Part shown: piece after piece, positions 12,801 to 24,800 of the stretch
How the letters are laid out: each line of letters begins with the position of its first letter
How positions within the stretch are numbered: the first letter of the stretch is position 1
Assembly (NCBI GenBank): GCA_043228905.1
Contig: JBHGNT010000017.1
Location: forward strand, 11,408,001-11,472,000
Direction: 5' to 3'
Source of the DNA: Azolla caroliniana
Taxonomy: Eukaryota > Plantae > Polypodiophyta
DNA length: 64,000 bases
The notes under the pieces: generated by a model
What the model saw: the letters and a program-made list of their open reading frames with translations, nothing else
Told to the model about the DNA's origin: nothing
Databases searched by the model: none
Made by a program: the position numbers and the translations under genes

Positions 12801-14255
12801 GTCTGGGGTATGGTGGAACGACGCTCCGGAGTCTACCACCCAGGTCATCTCGTCACCGGCAAGGTTTATCTCACTCTCCTCAGTGATGAGCATCAACTCC
12901 TCTTCACTTGCCGCGATTGCCGTCGTTCCTTTCCGGTCCGGTCCCCTACGGTCTTTACTGTTCCGGTCCGGTGTCCGCTTCGAATCGGTGCCGTCGGTTT
13001 CCTTGTCTTTACGGAAGTGCCAACAGTTCTTCTGGAAGTGTCCCGGCTTGCCGCAATAGAAGCAAGTAGGCCTCCCCCTTGACTTTGACTGTGTCCCCGA
13101 CTTCTCCCGGTTCTGGGGACTACGGTTTCTATGTATTCCGCGTTCCGATTCGGTAAGGAGCGCTTTGGAGTCGGAGCTCGTATCCTTATCTTTCCGACGC
13201 GCCTCCTCATCCAACAAGCTCGACTTCACTCTTGCTAGGGATAACCGTTTTCCTTCCGGCCCGGCGTTGCCCAAAGTGACGACCAACGTCTCCCAGCTAT
13301 CCGGGAGGGAACCGAGCAGGAGTAGTGCTAGTACCTCATCCGCGAGAGGTATTTCCAATGATGTTGCCCGGTGTGTCAGCCCCTGGAAGGCATTCATGTG
13401 CTCCGCCATGCTGGACCCATCTTGGTACCGGAGTCTTACTAGCTTCCAGAATACCGAAACCTGATTAACAACATTTTTGTTTTGAAACATTATGCCGATC
13501 TTCTCCCCGAGCTCATGAGCCTTGCTCTCTTCATTGAAGTTGTTGTACAGGCTCATGTCGATGAAGCACCGTATGTACGCCATTGTTTTCATGTGCATCA
13601 CCTCCCATATCGCGGCGTCGATTTTGTCTAGTCTCTTGTCCCCGAACTGAGCCGGCAGCCAGAGGTCTTTAACCACGAGCATGTCCCTCATCTTCGACTT
13701 CCACACTGAATAGTTGGAGACGGTGAGCTTGAACATGCCGCCAAACGATTCGTCCATTTTCTGTGTCGTTTTGCTCTGATACCACTTGTCTAGAACTGTA
13801 TGCTCCTTATACGCAATGCTCGGCCACAACCGAGCTTAGAATCATACACAGAGAACGAGAAATAAAGAACGACACAATGGAAGAGAAGAGTACGCAGGAT
13901 GTTTAACGTGGAAAACCCCAAACTAGGGAAAAACCACGGCAGCCCACAGGCTGCAAACTATCACTAGGTTAGTATGTACAGCAGTGAGTTCACGGAGGCA
14001 ACGACCTCATGCTCACGATCTTCGCCACAGGCGGCGGTTACAACAGAGGCAACGATCTCTTTCTCTCTCTCTCTCTCTGTACACTGTTACGCGCTTTGAT
14101 CTCACCCAGACAAGAAATAATAACAACAGTAACAAAAAAAAGTTTGCCCTAAGTCATATTTATACTAATATGACTTTTCGGCTATTTACAAATATAGCCT
14201 CGATGGACTCTCAGAAACATATTTACGAATATGTCTCTTCATCCGGTGAGCATTC

Positions 14256-14640
14256 CTCACCGGGTCTGCACCATCCAACTCTCCGTAGCCGGGTACTCCT
14301 CATCTGGTGAGCATTCCTCACCGGGTCTGCACCATCCAACTCTCCATAGCCGGGTACTCCTCATCCGGTTCTCACCGGGTCTGCACCATCCGGCTCTCCG
14401 TAGCCGGGTACTCCACATCCGGTCCTCACCGGGTCTGCACCATCCGGCTCTCCGTAGCCGGGTACTCCTCATCCGGTCCTCACCGGGTCTGCACCATCCG
14501 GCTCTCCGTAGCCGGGTACTCCTCATCCGGTCCTCACCGGGTCTGCATCATCCGGCTCTCCGTAGCCGGGTACTCCTCATCCGGTCTTCACCGAGTCTGC
14601 ATCATCCGGCTCTCCGTAGCCGGGTACTCCTCATACGGTT
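14256..14640. repeat. 54-bp tandem array (7 units) in the second LTR
   Basis: Same unit; the first unit is 7 bp longer because it repeats the ggtgagcattcctca leader. Confidence 0.95.
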
Positions 14641-15203
14641 TCGGCCTCGGCCTATCGGCCTTGGCCGAGTTTGTTCATCAGCGCTATTCTTCTCCCTTCC
14701 CATCCGGAGGGACCTGTCTCCCAATATTAAAGTCACAAGCGGCCAAAAAAATTGATTTGACAATTGAAGAAGCGGTTGACAACATGAAGTTGTCTCTATG
14801 GAGAGCGATGCAAGGTATTAAGGACGAGCAGCTTCTTGTGTCTGTATTGTCAAGGGTTGTGGCCAAAGATTTAAGCCTTGAAGAAATGGTCACTGAGTTC
14901 AATAAGTAAGTCTTTCAAATAGTGATATTGAAGTCAATATGGTGCAATTGAAAGTTCTAATCACATTTTCTAATTTCACAATCATAAGGTGTACATGAAG
15001 ATCCAAGAAGTTATGATGAAACAACTTGGATGTATAACTTGGGAACAAGTGACCGAGGATTATCCTCTAACATCTTCATATAAGGCGTTATCGGAGTATT
15101 TTATTGCATTCAAGGATTAGGTTAGTATTGGTGGTTTTTCATTAAGCTTTCATTATATGTAGAGCTTGTATAATAAAACTTTATGTCCTATTGCTTCTAT
15201 TAG

Positions 15204-16485
15204 AAATCGTGTCGTGGCAAGAAACAAGGAGAAGTTAAGGATATACACGATTTCCTGACATCCTTCCTTTCACATCTCGAGAGAGCTAGAAAAGAAAAGG
15301 ATCGTCGCTTAGTCAAGGTGTACGAAATGGAGGAAGATGCCTCCTTCAAAAAATTTAGCCACAAAAAAGATATTATGAGATATCTTTACTACAATGTGGT
15401 TTGCGGAGATGTCGTTGACATGATCCAAAAAGTGCCAAAGAAGGAATATACGCTAATGATTGCTAATATTCCTTACGGATTTCAAATGGCAGGGTCATCA
15501 TACGATGATGAACCGTTTAGGTTTAAACAGTTGGAGAAGATGGTCAAGGATTTTGCTGAGCTAATGATTGCATCCTTGTGGAGAATAGTTGTCTTTCATA
15601 GTAGAACCAAGGGTACTCGGTAGCTCAAGCTTTGAGATCTTGTTGCCATGGCATCGCATGGTAAGGATTATTTATATGTCTCATTCACCATATTGCCTTT
15701 CTTAAGATTGTTCAACCTATTCTTAACTCAATATAATATTTGTTATAGGATAAAAACCAATGTAAATAGAGGGCCAACCTTTCGGTTCGTTAATGCCATT
15801 GAATAAATCACGGTTGGCTACTTCGATGAAATTTAGAAACAAAGAATCAAGGAGCATTCTAATGAAGTGGGAGATTCAAATATGCTGGTATATCCAGCAG
15901 TGACATGGAAATTGCGACATGTCACCACGACAGAACGGGGACTTGTCAACCCACACCAAAAACCTCAACGACTTATGATGCGCTTGATCGAGATGTTTTC
16001 TGTCAAAGGAGACTGGATATTAGACCTCTTTTCTGGCACAAGTATTCCTCGAACTAGGGTAACGATCTTGAGATAACCAATACTGAATCTTTTTTGTTTG
16101 AAAACTAATTCTTCTTGTTACTTTCTTCATAGGAATGACGTCTACATGTGCATTGAAGCTCTTTAGAAACACAGTTGCATTGGAGAGGGACGAGGAGCAG
16201 GTTATATTTATAAACATGAGGATTAAGGCTTTGTGGGAGTGCCTAGACCAGGACGAGGAGGTCAGTGCAAAGAACCTCGTTGATACTGAAAGGTTTCAAC
16301 TTGCTTCGCGAGAGCCTATTCCTTAGTTGATCGGGGAACTGGGGGAGCTAATTGAGCTTGATGATGAGCTTATAGAAGATATTTCGTTGGCTTGGCTAAC
16401 AGGGGAAACCAATGCACGTATAGCCGAAGAGACTTCTATACAGGATGATGAAGAAAATGACATTGACGATTTGATTGCTATGTAA
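15204..16485 (+). pseudogene. Beta-class amino-methyltransferase domain (N6_N4_Mtase-like) and acidic C-terminal tail
   Basis: Motifs in beta order: VVCGDVVDMIQKVPKKEYTLMIANIPYG (motifs III-IV, DPPY-like), W-IKTN...E*I, NPHQKPQRLMMRLIEMFS (motif X), GDWILDLFSGT|xMTS (motif I, FxGxG), ALKLFRNTVALERD (motif II). Confidence 0.9.
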
Positions 16486-16913
16486 TAGACTCTTTTAAAA
16501 ACGCGAAATGTATTGTTTAGATTTCACATTATTAATACAAATTTTGGGTTTTACTTGGTGGATTCTATTCTTTATAATCTTCGATATGTTTCAATTTTAT
16601 TTTTATATACTTGGTTAGTAGACTTATGACATTGGTTTCGCCGCGTGCATTGCTGACTACCAAATTTATGGAGAAACATGAATTAGTTTAAATTGAGGCT
16701 GATTTTGGACAAAGTTTACCTTAACATAACATGGTCGTAGAATTGTTGCCATGACTATCCATGTTGTTATTATGGATCTTTGTCTTCTATTGTTAAAACT
16801 ATTATGTTTCTCTTCCATTACTGCTTAGATTGTGTAGTGTGTTGATAATGGTTCCACTAGCATTATCCGCATGTTTTTATACGCTTGTAGTTCCACTAGC
16901 GTTATCGTTCGGA

Positions 16914-17190
16914 GTTTGATCCCGTGTGAATCACCTAAGCAATAGATTAGATCAATTTTAAATACAAGTATGAAATCCTTAATAGGTTTGTTATTTCCAC
17001 GACATTATCCTAAAGTTCACTGTCTTACATTGTCCACAATTATATACATATGGTTTGATCCCATACGAACAAACTGCGGAATAGATTAGATCAACTTTAA
17101 ATACAAGTATTAAATACTTTAATAAGTTAGTTATTCCAATCACATTATCCTAAGGTGCACTATCCTACATTGTCCACAATTATATACATG
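16914..17190. repeat. Diverged tandem duplication, ~139 bp x2
   Basis: gtttgatccc...aatagattagatcaa...cattatcctaa...cattgtccacaattatatacat occurs twice in tandem. Confidence 0.85.
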
Positions 17191-17715
17191 CAAGTATGGG
17201 TCAAAGTATAAATTATAACTCATTTTATTAGTATGGTTACAAGTACACCTCATATTTTTGTAAAACTTACCAAATTAATATAAGTCTTTAACTTAGTGTT
17301 TCCCATGTCGCACATTAGTGACATATTGAGCCATTGTTGAACTTTATTATGCCTACATTAACTTATCAACACGTCCAAACTTGCATGATTTCTAATGATC
17401 TCCACTCGTAGACCTATCATGTATTTTTATATTTGCCAATTCTAATCAAGTTGTGGAACATGTGATACTAATGCATCCAATTTTTGTAGAGAGGGTATAT
17501 TTGGATAGTTTCAAGAAGATTCTACAAGTGGAATGCGTGATCCTTCCACTTGTGAACATGAACGTGTTTTATGTTTCTTGCTTGTTTAGTGTAGCAGTCA
17601 CTTGGTGTAGCAAGAAATAGCAAACAATGGCATTGTCGAGCACTGAGACCAAATATAGAGGAGTGGTTGTCGCGAAATTCAAAACCATATGGCGCAAGAG
17701 GTCGTTGAAGGATGA

Positions 17716-17860
17716 TTGTCTCCAACAACTCGTAGGAGTCCAAAATGGCAGACATTTTGAACTTCCATAGAGTGTAGTTGGTTCCATCTAGCTTTCCATC
17801 AGACAATGGAGGTGGGCGAATGCGCACTGGAGCAGCTGCAACATTCGTGGACAAGGCCAT
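17716..17860 (-). mobile_element. 5' end of a copia gag (truncated); its leader, PBS and LTR lie at 40826-41877
   Basis: MALSTNV...KLDGTNYTLWKFKMSAILDSYELLE is a typical copia gag N-terminus. Confidence 0.8.
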
Positions 17861-17862
17861 TG

Positions 17863-17865
<3 letters not shown>

Positions 17866-17919
<54 letters not shown>
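17866..17919. repeat. (CT)n microsatellite, left flank of LINE
   Basis: Direct reading of the sequence. Confidence 0.98.
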
Positions 17920-17924
<5 letters not shown>

Positions 17925-18832
17925 TGGGTGGGGACCCTATCTATCTCGATGAAGACCTCACCAAGATGCAAATTGAGCATCGCAAGAGTTATATGCCAAA
18001 GGTTATGCAAGCTCGTAAAGACGGGCATCGTGCCTTTTATCGAGATGGGCGAGTGATCATAAATAATCGCACTACTAATTGACGGCGTGTGGCCCATGTG
18101 ACAGAAAACACACTTAGGACGACCTTATGGAATTGTAATGGCGCACTCTGGACACACCCCGGCCGCCTAGAGGGGATATTAAAGGAATCAGATATAGTTT
18201 GCCTAGTAGAAACACACCAAACCCCAAATAGGGGACTCCCACGAGTCAAAGGATTTCGCTGGGAGTCGGCTTTTAGACAAACCTCACGTCGATGCACTAC
18301 CAGGGGATCTGGAGGTGTCGCAATATTGTTTTAGAGGGAGCTACATAATAGGATAGAAATGTTGAGCACAGACCCAAAAGCTCGTTTTATGTGGGTGAAA
18401 GTCTCCACAAGCAAGGACAAGGCAGTATTTTTCGCCATTTGTTACTTTCCCCCGAAAGGCTCTCGTTATAATCTGGCTGGCGAGGCGAGATTAGTTGATG
18501 ACGGAGTGCCACATGGGCCTTCCCCATATGAACCTCTATCGGATGACATAATCTGATATTCTTCCCAAGGAGAAGTATTCCTTGTAGGAGACTTTAATGC
18601 GAGAACCGAATCTCAACAAAGCACAATATTTCAAATGAATAGAAACCTAGAAATGGTAAATGTCGATCCTTTAGACATAGACCCCACACGTAGATCAAAG
18701 GATCAAGGTGCGGACGCCACGAGCTTTGGCCATCATTTGCTCGAACTCGGTAGTCGGCACCAGATGGTCATATATAATGGTTTAGCCAAGTGGCCAGGTT
18801 CGGAAGAGCTCACATGTTTCCCACATGGAGGG
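17920..18832 (+). mobile_element. LINE 5' part: end of ORF1 and AP-endonuclease N-terminus of ORF2
   Basis: 17921-18082 reads IYLDEDLTKMQIEHRK...ARKDGHRAFYRDGRVII*, like a LINE ORF1 C-terminus. ORF2 has WNCNG, DIVCLVETH, GGVAIL and GDFNAR endonuclease motifs. Confidence 0.9.
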
Positions 18833-21800
18833 TTTAGCGCCGCATCTTTCTCTAGGACACTTTGTGTCTCCGGGGTCTTATTCATATGTACATCAACCGG
18901 AGTCACCGGTGCTTGGATCTGTGTTGCGGTTAAGGCCATTTTGGCCATGTCCCCTGTGATTCGATCCAAGTCTTGTTCGAGGCACCAGATCCTTGACCGG
19001 GCTGTCTCCAATTCGTCGGTTGTGACGAGCAATCGTTCCGTTTGAGCTCTTTCCTCCGCCTCTATGCATCCGACTACGCCGGCAATTTGTTCTCCTATCC
19101 ACCAGAGCCATTGGCTGCTGGTGCACTGTTGTTGCGCTTGCACGGCGGGTTGGCTGATGGGTTCACTTGCTGGTGGTTGGTCCCGCCTAACTGCATCGAG
19201 CTGCACTTCTAGTTGTGCCTACTGACCATTTTGCCGTTCCAGCTCTGAGTGTGTTTCGGCTAGCCGCCCCTTGTCTGCTTGTTCTTGGCCGACTGCGAAG
19301 GTTGGCCTTTGTATATCCGGCTCTTGAGTTACGGGGCTTGCCGGTGCTGCCTATTGTGCAAGGACTTCTGTGACCAGTTCCATCCGAACCGGTTCCGGTG
19401 CCTCCCTTGGCATGGAATGCCCAGTGTGAATTGCGGGTGTTCCCTCCTTCTGTGGGTCCGAACGCTTCCCGGCTGATTCAGCAGTGCTCTTTACCGGCCG
19501 CCGCTGGAGGTGCTCCGTGGGTTCTTCCTCCATTTCCTCCGCCTGAGTCCTGACATTCATTCTTGCCGCCAGGGTGTCTGTTTCTTGCTGCACCAGTCGG
19601 TGGAGTGGGCTCTTCAAGGGCTGTGCCGGTGTCTCCTCGTGTGTGTCCGACGGCTGCTTCCGGCTGGCGCGCTCCTTTTCCTCCTTCTCTGCATCGGCCG
19701 TCTTCCCCTTAGTGGCCTTGGAGGCCAACAGTTGTTGTCGTTTCGAAGCAGGTTTTGGGGTGTCGTCCATTGCTCTTCCCTGCTTCTTGGTTTGGACGGG
19801 CTCGACCGGTGGCGCCAATAGGGTGAGCCATTGCGTCACTACATGCCATATTTTCCGGCCTTCCTTGCCGTCATTTCCTCTTACTATATCAATCGCCATA
19901 CACAGCCCATCGGCGATCAGCACCGGCCAATCTACCTTGACCCCTTCGTATGTCGCGATAATCAAGCCTGCTCAGTTCTGAGGCATGATGGGGGGTCAAG
20001 GGTATACGTGGCCGAACTCATGGAGCACACGGGCAATTTCTCGAAATAACATGTCTTCGCCGCCCTGTGTCCTATAGCCCTTGCTGGTGAGAGAGTACTC
20101 ACCGAAATATTTGATGAGTTGCTCGGAGGTAGGATTGTCGATCGTGTAGATGCCTCCCTCCGGAAGGCCTATTAACGCACGGATCGCCTCCTCCGTGATC
20201 ACCTCTGTGTCAATTTCTTTCATAATCTTTTCGGCCTCCTTGTGTGGCGCCACCTCCATGATCGTTAAGAAACCCTCCAGTCCGTGCTGCTGTAGCCATT
20301 TCTTGGCGTCTTCAGACAACGTTTGGCAGTCCATCTCTACATCGAGGTCAGAGAGTGTTGGCGAGGTTTGGTGGTGGGGAGAGTGTGAGAGAGAAAGTTC
20401 TGAGTGAGGGGGTTCTCTTTGTGCAAGCTCTCTGCTATTGATCTTCACGCGTCTGTCTGCGTCTGTTCTCCTTGGTTCGCGATAGGAGAAGGTCTCGATG
20501 CGTGGGGGTTTTTCTCTCTGCATCTTGGCGCCTTTTTCGAGCCTTCGCATGTGCAGGTCGTGTACTATAATAGCATTGTGTGCCATGTGGCGGTGGTTTA
20601 ATGTCCTATTCATAGCCCCTCGTACCTTTTCGACGTGCCTCTTTACTCCTCGTTTGCATGGCCATTTCTACCACTCCTTTTCATGATTTTTATTTTTTAT
20701 TTTTTATTTTTTTGTAAAGTTAATTGTGTGGTTAATTTTTCTCTGGTCCTGTCGGACCCTTACCCGAAAAGTGCACCTTGCCGGCCTCTTGACGGTTTGC
20801 CGTCGTTATGCTTTCCCCGGTTGCCGGCTCGTGCTCCCCCTTACCGGCTTGGTGGTAGTCGTTTTCCTCACGGGTTGCCGTCATGGTTGGCCTGTCAACG
20901 TTTGATTCGGTGGCGGTCCTTCGTTCAAATGGGTTCTTGGGCATAGGTCCTTTGTATGGTTTTAGTCTAAATCTGTTGACCCATTTACCCAACACCTCGC
21001 TAGCAAGTGTCCCTAACTGGTAAGACCCATTAAACCCGCGTGTGATCTAGTACGGTCCGGTCCATCTAAACCGTAGTTTGCATGGCATTTTACCCATCCG
21101 GGTCTGGAACACTAGTACCGGCTTGCCGACTTCGAACATCTTTTCGTTTCCTTTCCGGTGCCGATCTACAAACGCTTTCTGTCGCCGTTGTTCCAATTCC
21201 AGGTGCATAATGCTCGCCAGTCGGTGTTCTTCCAGTTCACACAGAGCTTTTAACCGAATTGCCTCTAATTCCTTTTCATTGAGTCGTTCCCAAATCTGAA
21301 TCCGTAAGCTCGGTACCTGGAATTCGACCGGCATGACTACCTCTAATCCGAATGCTAACCGGAACTATGTTGTTTGGATGCTTGTTTTGTACATTGTCCT
21401 GTAAGCCCAGAGCGCACTGTGCAGCTTCGTGTCCCAATCTGTCCGATTTTCATTGACGATCTTGCACAGGATATTCTGTAGCATTTTGTTTGTTGACTCC
21501 GCTAATCCGTTGGCTTGTGGGTAGTATGGGGTGCTCCGTTTATGTACTACCGCATAGAATGACGGCAAGCTCTCCACCACCTGTCCAAGAAAGTGCCCTC
21601 CTTGGTCTCTTATCAGCTCTATGGGGCATCCGTACCATCACCAAATGCATTCATATAAGAATTTTGTCGTCGACGCCACGGTGTTATCTCGTAAGGCTTT
21701 GACTTCCAACCATTTAGTGCAGTAGTCCGTCGCGACAATCACATACCGATTGCCAGTTCTCATTGCCGGTGGTTTAAATGGTCCGACAAAATCCAGTCCC

Positions 21801-24800
21801 CATTTCTGAAATGGTTCTAGCGGTAGTACTGGCTGGTGCGGCATCCTAGCTTGCTCCGTTGGCAGGCCCATTCGCTAGCATAGATCACACTCTTTCGCGT
21901 ACCAGACTGTGTCTTTCAATGTAGTCGGCCACCATAGGCCACTTTGCCATACTTTCCTTTCCGTCGCATCTCCGGCGACCCCGCAATGTGCTTCCCGTAG
22001 TATTACCTCCTTCTCGTCGATGTGCACCGCTCGTCGCCATATCCCGTCTGCGCCTTTGTGGTAAAGTGTGTCCCGGAGTAAACAGAAGTGTCAACTTTGT
22101 ACCGCCAGACGTTTTCTCTCGTCCCGGTTCATCTCCTCCAGAGGCAATCCGGTACTCAGAAACTAGTGCATATTAGTTAGCCGCTTATCTTCTTGTGCCA
22201 CCGTTTCATCTGTTGCCGTTTCTGTGGTGACTTGAAAAAGCTCTGCATCCGAAAACTCGTCCGGTACTCCATCACCCGTTTCGTCAGAATCTAACTGGCT
22301 TAGATAATCTGCTACCGCATGCTGTATGTCGGGTCGGTGGAATATCTTGAATTCGAACTCCTGCAACAACAAAGTCCATCGGGCCAACTTACCGGTAAGT
22401 GACGCTTTGGATACTAGGTAGAGGAGTGCCGAATGATCTACATGGAGGGAAAACTTTCTCCCCAATAAATAGTGCCTAAATTTTGTTACGTTGTAGATCA
22501 TGCCTAAAGCTTCCCTTTCCGTGGTGGAGTAATTTCGTTTGGCTTGGGATAACTTCCGGCTTGCGTAATATACAGGCCGGTCCCATCTTGGCTCCGTAAG
22601 TTGCATCAGCGCACTCCCGATTGCAATGTCGGACGCATCCACGAACACATGAAATTCCTTCGCCCAATCCGGGGGTTGCACTATCGGCGCTTGCGACAAT
22701 AGAACTTTGAATGCCCGGTACGCCTTATCTTCGGTGTCGGTCCACTGGAACGGTGTTCGGTGTACCGCAACATGCAGTGGTGTAGCTAGGTCCGCCAAAT
22801 ACCGGAGCATTCGGCTATGGCAACGGATTTGTCCTAAGAAACGGCTCAATACCTTTGCCGTTGGTGCCGGTGCCTCCAGGATTGCTTTTACTTTTTCCGG
22901 ATCTACGGCAATGCCTTCCTTGCTCACAATATGCCCTAGTAGTGTTCCGCTGGACACTCCAAATACACACTTCGCCGGATTCAGGCTTAGCCGGTACGCC
23001 CTACACTTCTCTAGACATAGTCTGAGGTGCTGCAAATGATCTTCTTCTCAGCTATAGACGGTGAAGTCGTCAAGGAACACCTGCACAAAAGCCGGTATGT
23101 ATTCGCCAAAGATCTCCATGATGATCCGTTGGAATGTTGCCGGTGCCGTTTTCAGTCCGAACATCATCACCACGGCAACAAACACTCCCCATTCGGTGAC
23201 GAAAGTTGTTTTCTCTTGATCATCAGGGTGCATCCGGATCTGATTATACCCGTTGAATCCGTCTAAGAAACTGTAGACTTCATGGCTGGCGACGGCATCC
23301 AAAACTCCATCCGTAAACGGAAGTGGAAATGCATCCGTTACCATTGCCGCATTGAGCTTCCAGTAGTCAACACAAACTCTAATTTTGTCGTTCTTCTTCC
23401 GTATGACTACGATCAGGCTTAGCCATGTAGATTTCTTTACGGGACGGATGAAGCCAACCCTCAGCAATTTGTCGATTTCCTCCTTGACTTTGGCAGCGTA
23501 GTTTGGGTTCATCCGGTACCGACGTTGTGCTATCGGCTTGGTGTCTTTGCTGAGATACAACTGGTGCTGATACAACTGAGGATCCAGCCCTCTCATATCC
23601 TCGTAAGACCAGGCAAATACGTCGCGAAACTCGTTGAGTGTAATTATCGTCGTTTTGTTCTCTGCATTCATTTCTTTGGCGATGTGCACCGGTTTTGCCT
23701 CCTCCGCCGTTCCTAGATTTACCTCTTTTAATTGAGACGCTTTTACGCGCTGTGATACGGCCATTTCTCTTTCCAATGCTTCCTGTGCTTGCCGTAACTC
23801 CCGGATTGCTTCTTTATCTGGTTCCGCTTCGGTTCCGTCCGGTTGCAGTAAGTAGGGTGATACCGCTTCGGCAACGTCAATTTCGAATAGGGGTACAATC
23901 TTCGGGTTCTCCTGCAAGTACTGATCTTCTTCTTCGTCTGCTAATCCTTCCAGCATATTGACACACTCCGCATATAACGGTGTCAGATCCTTGCTGGTGC
24001 CCTTCCTTGGTTGTGTTGGTACCCGTACCTTCGCTTTTCCCCGCCAGAACATAATCATATTCCTCCTCCAGTTCTGCTTGATGTGTGCCATCTTTAAACA
24101 AGGGCGTCCCAACAATAATGGGTACGCTCCTTGAGCCTACAACTAGAGAACTACGGCTGAGATTCGGAATGTGTGGCCCCCGATGGTTACTTCTAAGTCC
24201 CGTAGTAATCCTGTCGGTCGCACCGAGCTTGTGTCCGCCATTCGGAGCCAGAACGGACATGGCTCCCACTCTTGGATTCCAAGAGCATCGCACGTCCGGA
24301 GGCTTATTACATTAACGTCGGAGCCTCCGTCTATTATCGTGCCGGGGAGTTCTTTCCCTTTCACAATGGCAGTAATTGTCGGACTGTTGGTGTCCACCAC
24401 TGCCGGTCCCTCCTCTAGATTTGAGAAGAATGCCGGAGCCGGTGGTGTGTCGCATGTCGTCATGCCGGGCTTGAGTCCTTCTGTAAATCTTGGTACTAGC
24501 TGCAAGAGTCGTCCTAACGGCATCATGATCTGGCATTCCTGCAATGCCTGCCATGTCACGTTTTCAGACTGACTGCTGCCGGCGAGCTCTTCGGTGTTCT
24601 CCTTTTGCTGCGCAAGTTCTGCTACGTTTCGCTCATTTGCCTTTTTCACCCGTTTTGCTGCCTGTTTCCGGATGGCCTCTTGTGTCTCCCATTCCGTTGT
24701 CTTGCCCTTCGACCTTGTGGTGACTTGCTGTAGGTCTGCGACTCTGGTGACTACCATGTTTACTGTCGGTCGCTTATCATAGCTCTTTGCCGGACATTGA

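Larger units (their letters stand above)
9045..14726 (-). mobile_element. Ty1/copia LTR retrotransposon, full length, inactivated (family A copy 1)
   Basis: LTRs 9045-9977 and 13787-14726; TSD TTAAA (9040-9044, 14727-14731); PBS gctctgatacca 13773-13784 (tRNA-iMet); PPT at 9978-9987; gag, IN and RT-RH ORF pieces with stops and a deletion at ~12790. Confidence 0.97.
7990..16485 (+). pseudogene. Intron-containing ParB/Srx-like domain + beta-class N4-C/N6-A DNA methyltransferase fusion pseudogene, interrupted by a copia insertion
   Basis: Manual translation. Exon A is ~7990-9044 plus 14732-14905, in frame across TSD TTAAA (VDPQLE-LK-SQAAKK); exon B ~14982-15120; exon C 15204-15660; exon D 15749-16041; exon E 16133-16485. 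Three GT-AG introns have compatible phases; a fourth has a decayed acceptor. About a dozen premature stops and two frameshifts. Start codon uncertain. Confidence 0.85.

Noticed and set aside
15204-16485. Bacterial contamination as the source of the methyltransferase
   Set aside because: The gene has spliceosomal introns and is interrupted by a plant copia element with a perfect TSD.
17522-18097. 191-aa ORF as a single gene
   Set aside because: A chimera of LINE antisense sequence, (GA)n, a copia gag start and an unrelated downstream segment.
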